DNA from: Vicugna vicugna
Taxonomy: Eukaryota
Assembly: GCA_013265495.1 (NCBI GenBank)
Contig: MU058451.1
Coordinates: 1,960,167 to 2,024,166, forward strand
DNA length: 64,000 bases
Direction of reading: 5' to 3'
In this document: piece by piece, positions 27,431 to 41,320 of the stretch
Numbering within the stretch: the first letter of the stretch is position 1
How the letters are laid out: each line of letters starts with the position of its first letter
Program-made: the position numbers and the translations under genes
The notes under the pieces: generated by a model
The model's input: only the letters and a program-made list of their open reading frames with translations
Database searches by the model: none
Told to the model about the DNA's origin: nothing

Positions 27431-27989
27431 TTTGGTCGCTTCATGATCACTCCCTCAAATCCTGAGCAAAGTCTTTTTGCAAATCCTTCATCTCCACTTG
27501 CATGAACGTGCTCTCTCCTTCATAAGGCATCTCTATAACTTAGGAACCTCTTTCATACCCTCTGTTTGCTCAACACTTATGATCCAGCAGATAGCCAGAA
27601 AGAGAAAGCCACCGTGAGTCATGCTGTGCAATTTTGAGTACCTTGAGAGAGGTGATATTTTTCACCATGTCAGCTGCAGTTCTTTGCAAGTGCTTCCCTG
27701 TTGCCATGGAAAAGCCTTTATGAAGCAAATCCAGCCAAAGCGAAACAAGTTCTCCACGGCTCCTGAAGCCTCTGCACGGTCACCGTCCCCCAAGTGGGTT
27801 CAGCAAAGGACTTGCTCATGGCAGGCCCCCGTCAACGCCGAGCTGAGTGAAACGGACTTGGGGCTTTGATGCCTATAATTGCTTCCAAGCTTCCAAGTTT
27901 CCAGGATTTCAGATAAAAGATTTGGGATATTCTTTGTTGGAAACTAGATTCTCTAGAGGCCAACACCTGTCATTTTTTTCTACCCATAA

Positions 27990-28200
27990 TAATAATCAGA
28001 GCTCACAGTTAGTAAGCACGTACTTTCATTGTGTCATTTAATGCTAAATCAAGGTGGCAGATACTGTAATTAGTCCCATTTTACAAATGAAGAAGTCGAG
28101 GCTCAAAGAAGGTAAGTAAATTATCTCGGGTGACAACGGAGAACACAATTGTAAGACCAGACCTCAACCCGGATGTCGCCCTGGGGGCCACTGGCTTCAC
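27990..28200 (-). mobile_element. MIR
   Basis: cccattttacaaatgaagaagtcgaggctcaaagaaggtaagtaaatt. Confidence 0.75.
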
Positions 28201-28734
28201 TTTTACTTCTTGGGGTTTTCCATGAAACCTACACCAGTCCTGCAAGGCCTCGCACGCAGGAGCCCCCATCTTGTAGCTGGTGGTGGTTCATAATCCAAAT
28301 ACAGTGATATTTTTTGTCTCCTGCTGTCCCTTTGAACTCTGTGCAACATAAGTAATATTCCTCTTCTCCATGGACCCTATTGCTTTTCTGCTCCATCAGA
28401 GGTAGCCACTTTGTGTGGCGGGCTTAATTGAGACCTGGGAATGTAGGGTATAAGGTACATCGAAACATAGAAGTCACTTGAAGCTACTCTCGGTGCTTGG
28501 CTTGCTCTGGGCCACCTTGGCCCCACCCTTTCTTGTGTCCATCACCCTGGGGTGGAGAGAGAGGCAAGGATTCCCCTACTCAAGACAGTTCTTACTTGGA
28601 CCGGCTCCCTTGCACGCTGGCCCCTTGCTTCCTGGCCTGGCAGACGCTTAAAAGCTGACTCTCCCACACTGTTTGTCCATGACTCTTTGGACCCCTGCTG
28701 GATTCTCCTGCCCTCTTCCCTCGCCCTCCCACAA

Positions 28735-29025
28735 TTCTTTATCAGGTATATCTTTGAAAATATTTTCTCCTATTCCACGGATTGTCTTTTCACTCTGTTG
28801 AGAGGATCCTTTGATACACAAAAGTTTTTAATTTTGAGGTAGTCCAGCGCATCTATTTTTTTTTCCCTTTGGGTTGCCAGTGCTTTTGGTGTCATATCCA
28901 AGAGGTCATTACCAAACCCAATGTCACCAAGCTTTCCACTATGTTTTCTTCTATCGGTTTTATAATTTTAGTTCTCATTTCTAGGTCTTGATCCATTTTG
29001 AATTAATTTTTACATATGGTGTAAT
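28735..29025 (-). mobile_element. Internal L1 ORF2 fragment
   Basis: aaatattttctcctattcc...ttgtcttttcactctgttg...gcttttggtgtcatatccaag...tccattttgaattaatttttacatatggtgtaa. Confidence 0.85.
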
Positions 29026-29359
29026 GCATCTGACTCTCTTTTCAAGGTTTTGACTTGCTATGGATTCTGGCATCATGGATTTTCTTTGGAAATCTCATAC
29101 GCAAATTTTTCTAACACTTACTTTGTATCCAGTATTTATCATATTGGTAGTTCAGTCAAAGCTGAGTCAGGATGCATCTGATTCTAACATCTGCATGATA
29201 GGAGTACCAGAACTAGAAACTGCAACTTATCAGCTGTTCCCCAGTTGGGTTCCCTGTAGCACAGATCCAACTAGGGCAGCAGCTGCATGTTGGAGTTTCC
29301 CACCCTAACAAAATTAAAAACAGAGTAAAAATTTTTGATACCTATGAACAATAAGGAAA

Positions 29360-29650
29360 GGCAAAAAGAGTTATTCCACTTGGAGAAGAGAAGAGTAAGG
29401 AGTGATAAGAATAGTTTTCAAGCATATGACAAGGGTTGCAGACAGCTGTTCCCTTACTTCACTGAGGAAACAATGAAAGGAAATAAGTTTAAATTATAGC
29501 ATGAGGGATTAATTTAGATATTTCCTGAGAATGTGTATCTAGGTTACCATGGATGGCAAGTCTCTCTTTAGAGATTTTCATCTTTAAAGAAAATAGAAGA
29601 CTGAATGGGGATCGGGTCGAAGTAAATGACTCCTTAAAGTCTCTTCCCAT
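29360..29650 (+). mobile_element. L3/CR1 LINE 3' fragment
   Basis: ttggagaagagaagagtaagg...ttttcaagcatatg...aaatgactccttaaagtctcttccc follows the CR1/L3 3' pattern. Confidence 0.6.
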
Positions 29651-30329
29651 TGGGAAATGATATTACAGGAAAAAGCTCATGTTCTGAGAGGAATTAATTT
29701 CCTTATCTGACTAGTCAGTAAGTAATTTTGAACACTAAGTTCAAACCCAAAGTGTTCTCAGCTATAACTACCACATGTTACTGCCTAGTCCCTTTTTTCA
29801 ATTTCTGTGCCATTTATGATAGCTAAATGTAAACAACAATAATAGTTACATAGAATCTTTATGTTACTTTCGCTTTTTCCTTCTCTGCTGTATTTGTTTT
29901 ATATTTGAATGTTGAATGTTGCAGAGAAAGGATCAGACAGCATTAAACATTTCTTTGCTATCATGGGCACCTTTGGGCTGACCACTGTACTGAAAGGAAA
30001 CTGGCTTGAATATCTGTAACATCAGATAATTCCAGAATCAGTTTGGTTTTGGAATATATCATCTGACCAGGGAAAGACTGACCTTCTTATGATAGCTGAA
30101 GGGAAGGGAGGCTGGCTATTAGTAAATTTAGTTTGCATCTTTTGCTCAGGAGGAGAGAGGTGAAGGGAGAAGTACCTTGGATGTGTCTTGGGAACTCAAC
30201 TTGACATTGAGATTTTTTTCCCCACAGTTGATCCATTAAATAATCAATGTATGAGCTGACCTCATAACGTTAACACTCCTAGGCTCTTTTTCTCCCCCTA
30301 ATGAATTCAAGGTACATCCACCTAGGTTA

Positions 30330-30880
30330 CACTTGGAATGTTTGCTTCCCAGTCCATGCACAGCAATTGCTGAGTGATTATTACTTCCTTCCTAATGCAG
30401 AAAGTGAACTTCTCAGATGTTGCAGAGTTATAGTTGGCTTTTCCCCAGAAGCTCATCCCTGGCTCTGACCTCTGCCTGCCTATCTGGGCTTATTTCCTCC
30501 CACTTCCTGCCCTCTGTCTCTGCCCCAACTTCTTTCCCAGACCTAAGTCTTCCACGCCAGCCATGCCGCATTATGTATCTCCTTTCTGGACATGCCATGC
30601 GCTCCGTATGGCCGTCCCTTTGCCCTGAACATGTAGTGGTTCTGTCCTTCAAGTGTCTTTGAAGTCTTCTGCCTCTCCCGCTGAACCCAGGCTGAAAGAC
30701 ATTTTTTCACAGCACCAGGGTGTTCCCTATCATGGAAATGTAGACCTCGTAGTCATCCACCAATGTCTCATTCCCAGCATTCTCTCCCTCTAAGCTTCTC
30801 AATGGAAGGGATATGACATGCTCATCCTTGGAACCCTTGCATCCAGCATATAAATGTTTGTGGTGATTAAATGAATAAAT
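30330..30880 (+). mobile_element. L2 fragment
   Basis: Pyrimidine-rich tract ending taagcttctcaatggaaggga...taaatgtttgtggtgattaaatgaataaat. Confidence 0.55.
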
Positions 30881-32869
30881 TACTATCCCAACAGTAACTA
30901 GCATTTCTAAAGCATTTAAACAGGTATTGATAGTTGTTGGATTTTTTTTTAATCCAGGAAATCAGATCTACCCTTCAAAATACATCATAGATCATTTAAA
31001 CGTATATTCTCTTCCATGATGGAAAATTCCATCCAAACATTTCCTTAGCCATGACCTTAAAAGAAATGAGTAAGTTAAGGACAAATGAGAAAAAGACCTT
31101 TCTTAATTGCTACACCAGCATGCAAGAGTTGTGAAGAGATCCTAACTGCCAAATTTTTTATTCATTCACTTAGTCATTCAGCAAACATTTGTGAATGCCT
31201 CCTTGATATTTATAAATAGGTTACGGTACCAAATGCTAGCGATACAAGCCTGAGAAAGGCTTCATTTCTTCCCTAGGGAAGCTCATTCTATGTTCTGTGC
31301 GTTCAAATTCCAGTGAATATTATCCTTTCTTCCATAAAATATCTTTTTAATTGCAACCATATAGAAAAAAGAAAAAGGTTGACATGAGGAGCAATGTGAA
31401 ATATGTGAGGGGAGAACAAGGTCAAAAACTACAAGTTCATTTGTAACCAATTTTCTCTTGTGAACTCAGCTCAAATACTGATGGTTGAAAAAATAAAATC
31501 CAATTATATTCATGACCTTATATTATTAGTGTCTTGTTAAATAATGTGCTGTGAACATATGGGAAAATAACCTAGTCTTTACAGTATTTCAGTACAGTTT
31601 TCTCTTTGGTCTAATATCCTGAGTACTTGGGTTGTAACAGTAATAAGTATCGTAGAAGTACTTACGCACATTTTCATCAGTAAGAAATAGATTAATGTCC
31701 ATGCTTTGAGGCCATTTATCATATGGCCCTAACAGAGAAGTTGGAAGGAGTTCCTGGATTTCTTTTAATGTGCGTATTTGATTAGAGCAACTCTCCTGAT
31801 CTCACAGGATTTCGTTTGAGAGAGCACAGATTTGCGCCTGCAGGGTTTCGGTGTTTATCCAATCTTAAAACCCTGGACATGTTACAAAACAGCACATGGG
31901 CTTCCATCTGTTTGCTCTTTCTATGGATCTATTTTTTGGAAGGATTGAAAAGATTTATTATGCTAAAAATATATTCTATTCTATAGTTTTCAAGCCAAGC
32001 CAGGATCATTCATTTTCCAAATCCTCTAAGAATGAGGATGCTATATTCACCCATTCTCTAATCCTTTAAACCTAGAAAGTCCCTAGTGCTACTTAAGCAG
32101 AAGTCCCGAAGTAAGACAGAAACTAGCAGTAATACTGGTGCCTCTTCTTTTCCAGCACTGAGAGAAAGCCTAACATTTTAGATAGTTTGAAAATAGCCCT
32201 TTATGTTTCTTATTTCTGCCTTATTCAGACCACTATAATATTATTAAACATAAATGCCTGGGTGCTGTACCTGCCCGCTCTCATTGTCTCCAGGGTGATG
32301 TTACGTTTCTCTGTTGGACTCCAATTCTGAGACCCCTCCAGGCACGCTTCCTCCCATGACTCATTGTAATTTCATTTGCTTCATCATGGCTCTGCCCAGA
32401 GAAAATTCTGAATATCTACCTCCAAAGACTAAGTCGTATCTGTTGAAAAGTGAAGAGTCAAGTCAGTAATTTATTTTAGATAATACTGCCCAGAAGTATT
32501 CCCCAAATTTTAAAAATGTTGGAGGCCTGAATTATTGTCCTGAGGATAGTCTTACATTATTATATACATGGAGATGTTCACCAAATATGCTACCATTTAA
32601 CCAAATTCGGTAATTATCCAGCTCTCCACATTACTTTGGAAATGCAGCCTAGACTACAGAAACAACTTCATTAGTAAATGGTAGCTAGACTGGGTACAAT
32701 TGAAATCTTCAGAATGAATAGAAATCTACTAGTATTTCCAGAATTGTGGTCTTTGCTGCAGTGCCAAAACAGCCTCTGTGTAAAGGGGATACAGAATGAA
32801 TAATAATTGAGAGGGAGTTAACATTTGCATAGTTCTTCAAAGAAATTTATTTTAAAAAAGTTTTTTCTT

Positions 32870-33050
32870 AAACTCTCAGCACAACTCTATAAGGAAGATC
32901 TTGTTTTTACCATCTCACATATGGGGAAAGTAGGAATTATAGAAATGAGGTAACTTGCCTCAGGTCACAGTATACATTGATGAGTCAGAAATGCAATCCA
33001 GGTTTGGCACTTCTAAATTGCACACTTTTTCTACTAGCTACAGTTCCAAT
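32870..33050 (-). mobile_element. MIR
   Basis: acaactctataagg...ccatctcacatatggggaaa...ggtaacttgcctcaggtcacag. Confidence 0.7.
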
Positions 33051-33715
33051 ATTAGCTTTTAATATGTTATGCTATTTGGCTTTGTAAACTTTTTTCCAGG
33101 CCTTGATGATTTAAAATAAATAAAACAAAAATACTGTACCTTTTTGAAATTAAAACATCCAAATGATCCTTTTGTATGACTGGCTTTTGTGACCTTTGAT
33201 ATGAACATCCTTATATGAATTCTGAGAGACAGAAGGTGAAAAATTGGGTCAGGAATTCTTATTCTTTGAAGGGGTGAAATGGGAGTAGGAAGCGAAAGAG
33301 AGATGGGGAAAAAAAAACTGTTGTCAAAAAAAACAACAAAAACTGGTTATTCCATAATTAGTTGCCAAAAATTGCTACTGTCTGTCAATGGAGAATATCC
33401 AGTGTTCTTCAAAATCACATCTCTTCTGTTTTTCACTATTTCTTCTGCTTTTAGTGTAACACAACCCACTTCATCATAGTCTCCTTGCCTTCTTAGGACA
33501 TACTCCCACACATGTTGCTGTAACACTAGAAATTCTTAGAGCTGAAAAACGTCTTCATTGATATTTGGCAAAAAGAAAGCGAGGGAGGAAGGGGAGGGGT
33601 CCTCAACCCCTGGGTTATACTGAACAGAACAAGCCAACCAATCCCTTGCCCATGCAAGAACTATTTAAATTCTCATTCCACTCATTTCAGAAGTGAATGA
33701 GTTCCACTGCTTCCG

Positions 33716-36057
33716 TGTTGCATTTATTCTCCTAAATCTTGGTGCCTGGTAACTTTACATGTTAATATCTTCTGATTCTCCGTCATGGTTTATGGACTGC
33801 TTTTCGCTCTGTGTGCTTGGGCAGGCGTGCAAGCCTCTGTCCTCCCATGGCTTACACCACAGCTGAGAACCAGCACCTGGTCTCTCAGTTCATGCTTCGG
33901 ACACCGTTTTAATTTCACCCAGGCAGCATCTTTGGTGTCTTTGTGATGATGCGAGAAAGAAAGCAGTGAAAATTTGAGTGAAAGCAATGAAACTCAGGGC
34001 CTCATAGTCCAGTCTTCATTTGGAGAAGGGTGGGGATTGAGATATTCTGTGACTTCAAATGAAATCCTCAGGCTTGCCTAAGCTTTAGCTCAAATCTAGA
34101 GCCATTTGGGTTTGAATTTCAAGCAATTTCTGTTTTGCTCTCCTTATATATGAATACCATAAAATAAGCATCAATTTTAAATAGAGTAGAAACTCTCTTA
34201 ACCTTCTTCTGCTCTAACAACTCATTGGATTGTGACTATTCCATTGCCCCTTAATAGTCATGCTGACTGAGGTGCATGACAAGCCACATCCTCAGCTTAT
34301 AAGCCACTGTAGTATGATCTTTCCCACATACCCCCACAGCGTGAGCATTATACTCACTAGGAGTTAAACAAAGGACTTTATCAACTGTCCATTCACCACA
34401 ATAGCAATAGCCAAGGTATCAGCATTTTCTTATCCTTGTTTCCCTAGGCCTAGTTCTTTCAAGGTGATGCAAAGAAGGCCAGGTGACACCTGGATTGTAT
34501 TACAGGAGAGGAACCCGAGGTTTAAGGAGCCAAAACCTTATATAATGCAAACTTATCCTTTGTTTTAAGGGAGATGCTAGCTCTGTCTTCCAAGGCTATT
34601 TGCTATCCAGACATCTTTGGGGAAATGGTCCAAAACAAAGGCAGTCATACCCCTGCTCATAGACGTGGAGAAACTCCGGAGACCCTTGGAGAATTGTTTC
34701 CCAAGGTAGAGGAGAAGTTAAGTGGAAGGGGAAATATCAATCATCATAAAAGATAAATAATGGTAAAGTTCTAGAAGGAGTTGGAAAAGCTAGAATCAAG
34801 AGTGTTGATTTGGAAAGAAGAAATTGTTTATAACCGGAATAGGAGAGCGCTAGAAAAGAATGGGTGCATTATGGTAAAACATTAAAGAAGAGAGGTGGAA
34901 AGTTGTAGGAACTTTGATCAGAATGCCCTTTTCTTTTGGAAGAAGGAACAAATGAGGTCAACTGTGAAGACCTACCAGGATGGTTCAGAGTGGGGAGGAG
35001 GGGAGGTGATTGGGAGAAGATAGGAAAGAGTTTCATAAGCTTTAGGTAGCTATTGTGGGCCAGATGATGTGCTGTCTACAAAGAATGGATAAGAGGACCC
35101 CTGGAAGAGGTGAGGTCCAGCTGTGGAGAGAGAGACTGTGTGACTCCTCAGTGAGGCAGATGAGAACCATTTGTGCCTTTGACCTGTATCTCTTTGTTCT
35201 GTGAAAGCTGATATAGCAGAAACAAATGTTAGAACCTTTTTCAGACGGCAGATAACAGAAGGTCTAGGCAGTTTGGAACTCTAAGTTACTGACGTCTTTG
35301 ACTGTAGGGTTCAGACCTGGGAAACAAAATAAAGCTAAAAGGGGGCTGATGGACTGGAGTGGGGACTGGAGGGGAGGGGAGGAAGTTTATCATTAAATCA
35401 AAAATAGTGCTGAAGGCAAGGAGCTGTCCAGCAGAAGTGTGGAAGAACAAGAGCCAGAAGGTAAAAATGTGGTTGCAGGGGAAAAGTGTGAACTTTGGAA
35501 GAGGAGCAATTCTAAATGAAAAGAGGACTTAGAATTGGCTGGCTGACATGGAGCTCAGAGGAAACCCTCTAGGGATGACATTAAGGAACTATGTGGTGAG
35601 GAGGAGAATCAATCAATCGAGTCGTGATGAAGACAGGACAACAAAGGTATCCACCACCACTTCCCCGCCCCTTAATTTTGTATCTTTTCTTAGACTCTCA
35701 TTTGGCCCTTGTGTTCTGTCACATCAGCATGTGTAGTTTTGCCCAAAGGACCTCAGTTATGCATTTGATAGAAATCAGATTTTTTTTTTACACAAAAGCA
35801 TCTCTCTCCCCACCAGGTTTTTAAAGTTATATTTAACTGAGAAAGTTATATCTGTGGCCTTGTGAGTCATTCAGTTATCCATATAAACTGGTTATTACTA
35901 ATTAGCTATTTATTTGTGCATCTGTGTGAGACATCTTTTAACCCATACAGGAACCAGAATTTTAAACCTTGCATTGATCCTTTAATGTCCTTGAGTTCCT
36001 GCCTCTATCAAGTCTCTAAGTAGCAAAAACATCTCATGATTATGATAAGGAAAAATG
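33716..36057 (+). repeat. Tandem duplication copy 1 (period 2,340 bp)
   Basis: Line-for-line identity with the sequence 2,340 bp downstream; ORF-track entries recur at +2340 (33790/36130, 34574/36914, 35548/37888, 35624/37964). Confidence 0.98.
34370..34704 (-). mobile_element. LTR40-like ERVL solo LTR (in duplication copy 1)
   Basis: Minus strand reads ttgggaaacaattctccaagggtctc...tgactgcctttgttttggacc...agccttggaagacagag, like the LTR40 5' end. Confidence 0.7.
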
Positions 36058-38397
36058 TTTCATTTATTCTCCTAAATCTTGGTGCCTGGTAATTTTACAT
36101 GTTAATATCTTCTGATTCTCTGTCATGGTTTATGGACTGCTTTTCGCTCTGTGTGCTTGGGCAGGCATGCAAGCCTCTGTCCTCCCATGGCTTACACCAC
36201 AGCTGAGAACCAGCACCTGGTCTCTCAGTTCATGCTTCGGACACCGTTTTAATTTCACCCAGGCAGCATCTTTGGTGTCTTTGTGATGATGCGAGAAAGA
36301 AAGCAGTGAAAATTTGAGTGAAAGCAATGAAACTCAGGGCCTCATAGTCCAGTCTTCATTTGGAGAAGGGTGGGGATTGAGATATTCTGTGACTTCAAAT
36401 GAAATCCTCAGGCTTGCCTAAGCTTTAGCTCAAATCTAGAGCCATTTGGGTTTGAATTTCAAGCAATTTCTGTTTTGCTCTCCTTATATATGAATACCAT
36501 AAAATAAGCATCAATTTTAAATAGAGTAGAAACTCTCTTAACCTTCTTCTGCTCTAACAACTCATTGGATTGTGACTATTCCATTGCCCCTTAATAGTCA
36601 TGCTGACTGAGGTGCATGACAAGCCACATCCTCAGCTTATAAGCCACTGTAGTATGATCTTTCCCACATACCCCCACAGCGTGAGCAGTATACTCACTAG
36701 GAGTTAAACAAAGGACTTTATCAACTGTCCATTCACCACAATAGCAATAGCCAAGGTATCAGCATTTTCTTATCCTTGTTTCCCTAGGCCTAGTTCTTTC
36801 AAGGTGATGCAAAGAAGGCCAGGTGACACCTGGATTGTATTACAGGAGAGGAACCTGAGGTTTAAGGAGCCAAAACCTTATATAATGCAAACTTATCCTT
36901 TGTTTTAAGGGAGATGCTAGCTCTGTCTTCCAAGGCTATTTGCTATCCAGACATCTTTGGGGAAATGGTCCAAAACAAAGGCAGTCATACCCCTGCTCAT
37001 AGACGTGGAGAAACTCCGGAGACCCTTGGAGAATTGTTTCCCAAGGTAGAGGAGAAGTTAAGTGGAAGGGGAAATATCGATCATCATAAAAGATAAATAA
37101 TGGTAAAGTTCTAGAAGGAGTTGGAAAAGCTAGAATCAAGAGTGTTGATTTGGAAAGAAGAAATTGTTTATAACCGGAATAGGAGAGAGCTAGAAAAGAA
37201 TGGGTGCATTATGGTAAAACATTAAAGAAGAGAGGTGGAAAGTTGTAGGAACTTTGATCAGAATGCCCTTTTCTTTTGGAAGAAGGAACAAATGAGGTCA
37301 ACTGTGAAGATCTACCAGGATGGTTCAGAGTGGGGAGGAGGGGAGGTGATTGGGAGAAGATAGGAAAGAGTTTCATAAGCTTTAGGTAGCTATTGTGGGC
37401 CAGATGATGTGCTGTCTACAAAGAATGGATAAGAGGACCCCTGGAAGAGGTGAGGTCCAGCTGTGGAGAGAGAGACTGTGTGACTCCTCAGTGAGGCAGA
37501 TGAGAACCATTTGTGCCTTTGACCTGTATCTCTTTGTTCTGTGAAAGCTGATATAGCAGAAACAAATGTTAGAACCTTTTTCAGACGGCAGATAACAGAA
37601 GGTCTAGGCAGTTTGGAACTCTAAGTTACTGACGTCTTTGACTGTAGGGTTCAGACCTGGGAAACAAAATAAAGCTAAAAGGGGGCTGATGGACTGGAGT
37701 GGGGACTGGAGGGGAGGGGAGGAAGTTTATCATTAAATCAAAAATAGTGCTGAAGGCAAGGAGCTGTCCAGCAGAAGTGTGGAAGAACAAGAGCCAGAAG
37801 GTAAAAATGTGGTTGCAGGGGAAAAGTGTGAACTTTGGAAGAGGAGCAATTCTAAATGAAAAGAGGACTTAGAATTGGCTGGCTGACATGGAGCTCAGAG
37901 GAAACCCTCTAGGGATGACATTAAGGAGCTATGTGGTGAGGAGGAGAATCAATCAATCGAGTCGTGATGAAGGCAGGACAACAAAGGTATCCACCACCAC
38001 TTCCCCGCCCCTTAATTTTGTATCTTTTCTTAGACTCTCATTTGGCCCTTGTGTTCTGTCACATCAGCATGTGTAGTTTTGCCCAAAGGACCTCAGTTAT
38101 GCATTTGATAGAAATCAGATTTTTTTTTTACACAAAAGCATCTCTCTCCCCACCAGGTTTTTAAAGTTATATTTAACTGAGAAAGTTCTATCTGTGGCCT
38201 TGTGAGTCATTCAGTTTTCCATATAAACTGGTTATTACTAATTAGCTATTTATTTGTGCATCTGTGTGAGACATCTTTTAACCCATACAGGAACCAGAAT
38301 TTTAAACCTTGCATTGATCCTTTAATGTCCTTGAGTTCCTGCCTCTATCAAGTCTCTAAGTAGCAAAAACATCTCATGATTATGATAAGGAAATATG
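36056..38397 (+). repeat. Tandem duplication copy 2
   Basis: About 12 substitutions versus copy 1, no indels. Confidence 0.98.
36710..37044 (-). mobile_element. LTR40-like ERVL solo LTR (in duplication copy 2)
   Basis: Duplicate of 34370-34704. Confidence 0.7.
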
Positions 38398-41059
38398 GGA
38401 GCAAGAGATATCCCATCCTGCAGTACCCACCCTATGAGGCAGCTCTAGAATTTTGACTGGAGGAATGTTTGGAGAAACATTGATACAGGAAGAGAAAAGC
38501 AGTTCACAGGAGAAAACGGCATGTGAGGACGTAGGTAGGGCATGAATTTGGATCAGGCCTAAAGAGAGCCAGGCACTAGCCTTGACTTGACCTCCTGGGA
38601 GTCACAATTCTGAAGGATTCATTATCCAGCCCAACTGAGGGGAACTCACAAAGTAATTTGAAGTCTTTGCTATGGGGTGGAACTCAACCAAAATTCCTTG
38701 CTGGAAGGCCTCAGACACAAACTCCAAGTCGGTCCTGGAGCAGTCTTCCAAGGAGCTGTGACTTTCCTGAGGCATCTTCAGGCCACTGTTTGGCCGAGGA
38801 AGAGAGGCATGAGCTCACTGTCCAGGATCTTGGTGGATCTGAAGGATGCACCCCACCCAATCTACTCAAGCCTTTCTATAAAAGAAATGAGGTGAGGTGC
38901 CCCCAGGGATATTTCAGGGAAATAATTACTATGACTATTATGAAAAAAATTAATCACCATTTTTAATGTAATTTTGAAGTCACAGCAGAAATACATGTAA
39001 CATCGCCTTTTTGTTTCTCTCACTCTGCATCAAGCCCAGCAAATAGGGTGATTGCCTCCTCCAGACCATCCCAGTGCTGCGTGGAAAACTGGCAGGACAA
39101 AGTGGGCCGTGCTAGTCCTCTAGTGACTATTCCTCACGTAGGCTCCCTCCTCGTGTTCCAAGAACAAGCGTACCTTTGAAGAGTAACTCAAAGCTCATGC
39201 AGTGCTTGGGGGTGGGGGGAGCAGGGGTGGGGAATGAAGCAAGTGAAGCATGCATGCCTTCAGGACAGAAGCTAACCAGGCAAGTGCTAACCAAAGCCAT
39301 TTTGTCCAAAATATTTCAGATTATAAGCACACTGCTTTAATGCTTCGCTTTAATGCTGAGTGTAAGTGGATTTTCAAGGGTGTTAGTGTAATTTACAAAT
39401 AAGATATTTTATTATAGGAAGAAATAGTATACCTTACCACTCTCCAGGTTAAACTAAATCGGGTGGTTTTACGGGTCACGGTGGCTTTGCCTTATCAGGA
39501 AGGGGAAAGCAGTAGAAAAACAAAATGATAAAAGGCTAGGCATACACTCCCAGATGCTGAAAGAAAGCCGGATGGTGCCCCCACAGCAGAGAGTTCTGGG
39601 AATCGTGTTTTTTTTATTACAACTCTAGCAGGATAACCTACAAACTAACAGCCTCTGTCTTTGACAGTTGGCACTAAGAGTTATGGAAACTAGACTTGGC
39701 GGTCCTTACAGTACTTCAAAATAAATAACGTGCACTTATTCCGAAGTTTTCCATGCAAAGAGTTCCCAGATGTGTGACTTCCAAGGCCCCCAGAGGTGTA
39801 AGCAAACTAGAAGTCACCAGTAGAAATTACAAAGCACACAGGGCACAAGCTGAAATTTCACAGGTGTCTGATTAATGAGGATGGTATAGACAGCCAAACT
39901 GGACAAATTCAATCAAAACCTACCTCCCACCCTGACCATTGCAGATTCACTTCTAGAAAATACTCCTTCATTCACGCGCTCATTTACTCCTTCAGCAATC
40001 CCACCCTGAGTCGCTGTAGCCCAAAGGTGCTGTGCTAACCATAAATATAAACAAACTCCAGTACACAAGCATCCATGTTTGGCTTTCCCAGTGCATGTCT
40101 GCCTTGGGCTGGCTGCCTTTTTTCTTTGTCTCTTCATCACAGTTCATATTTAATATCCTATTCGTTATTAATGGTGGAGTCTAGCAGCAAAATTTTCAAT
40201 CGTGATATTTTGCCCAAAGAATTCTCTAGATTTTCAGTAAAAATGTCAACACACCAGATCTGTTCCACTTCCATTCTCCTGCCATTGTTTTCGTCTTCTC
40301 TTGATATTGCCAAGTGCCTGTGAAAGAGGTAACAGAAACTAGCATTCAAAAAAATACACCAGAGAGGTATTCAAAATTGTCACATTGCAGCTATAGTTTT
40401 TGCTTTTGAAAAAAAAAAAACTGGCTACCATTTGCAAAGTAAATTTATTTTAAAACAAGCCCACTTTAACATCAACTTATACTAACTGAAATAACAAATG
40501 ACCATGAAAAAGCCAGATATGTGTCTTTGAAAAAAAATTCAAAAATGGAGATATTTTGCAAGAGGGATGGCATGCCTGTTGCTGTGGCCCAGGAGCAGAC
40601 AGAGCTTGTTGCAAGTGATAGTGCCAACTTAAATTAACTCTTTCTTCGGGGAATTTTTAGTGTGTCCTAGAAATTTTACAAGTTAGGGTGTCCCCTGCAC
40701 AAATGGCTACTCTAGGCCAGGGAATCTGAAAGTTACTCTGCTGCCAGTTCATCACCTTATTCTACTTTTCACTGCCCAAAACATTATCAACTGCTCTCTC
40801 TTTCTGTTGGAGTACCTCACATTTAACGTGGACCTCAATAAAATAGTCACAGTGGGCAGTACCACTTCAGGTCGGAACATGGTGGCTTCTAATTCAGTGA
40901 AAAGGAGTTTGAGCCCAGCTTCATCCATTCGATGTATTTAGAATTGTACATTCATGGTATTCTTGGAACCAGAGAAATTTTTACTGGTAAGTGGTCTCTG
41001 GGCTGCAGCTCTCAAGAACACCACCCTATAACTGCCCTTTCCTCCCCATTGAAAGAGGG

Positions 41060-41320
41060 ACAAATTGGGAGTTCAGCATTTGCAGGTGCTAACTACTATG
41101 TATAAAATGGATAAACAGCAAGGTCCCACTGTATAGCACTGGGAACTATATTCAATAGCTTGTAACAGCCTATAATGAAAAAGAATATGAAAAGGAATAT
41201 GTGTATATATATATATCTGAATCACTGTGCTGTACACCAGAAATTAACACAACATTTTTGTAAACTGACTGTACTTCAATTAAAAAAATTTTTTTAATAA
41301 TAAAAATTTTTAAAAAGAAA
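41060..41320 (+). mobile_element. L1 3' UTR (cetartiodactyl type) with A-rich tail
   Basis: aaattgggagttc...ataaacagcaaggtcccactgtatagcactgggaactatattcaa...ctgtacaccagaaattaacacaaca. Confidence 0.88.

Noticed and set aside
34370..37044. Two near-identical direct LTRs 2.3 kb apart suggesting a young provirus
   Set aside because: Identity extends through the whole 2,340-bp unit, so it comes from the tandem duplication; the LTR family is ancient and there is no gag/pol between the copies
40942..40992. Isolated splice-donor matches (plus strand 7770, 40987, 61340; minus strand 39437, 62297)
   Set aside because: No convincing acceptor or recognisable peptide; GTAAG hits are frequent by chance
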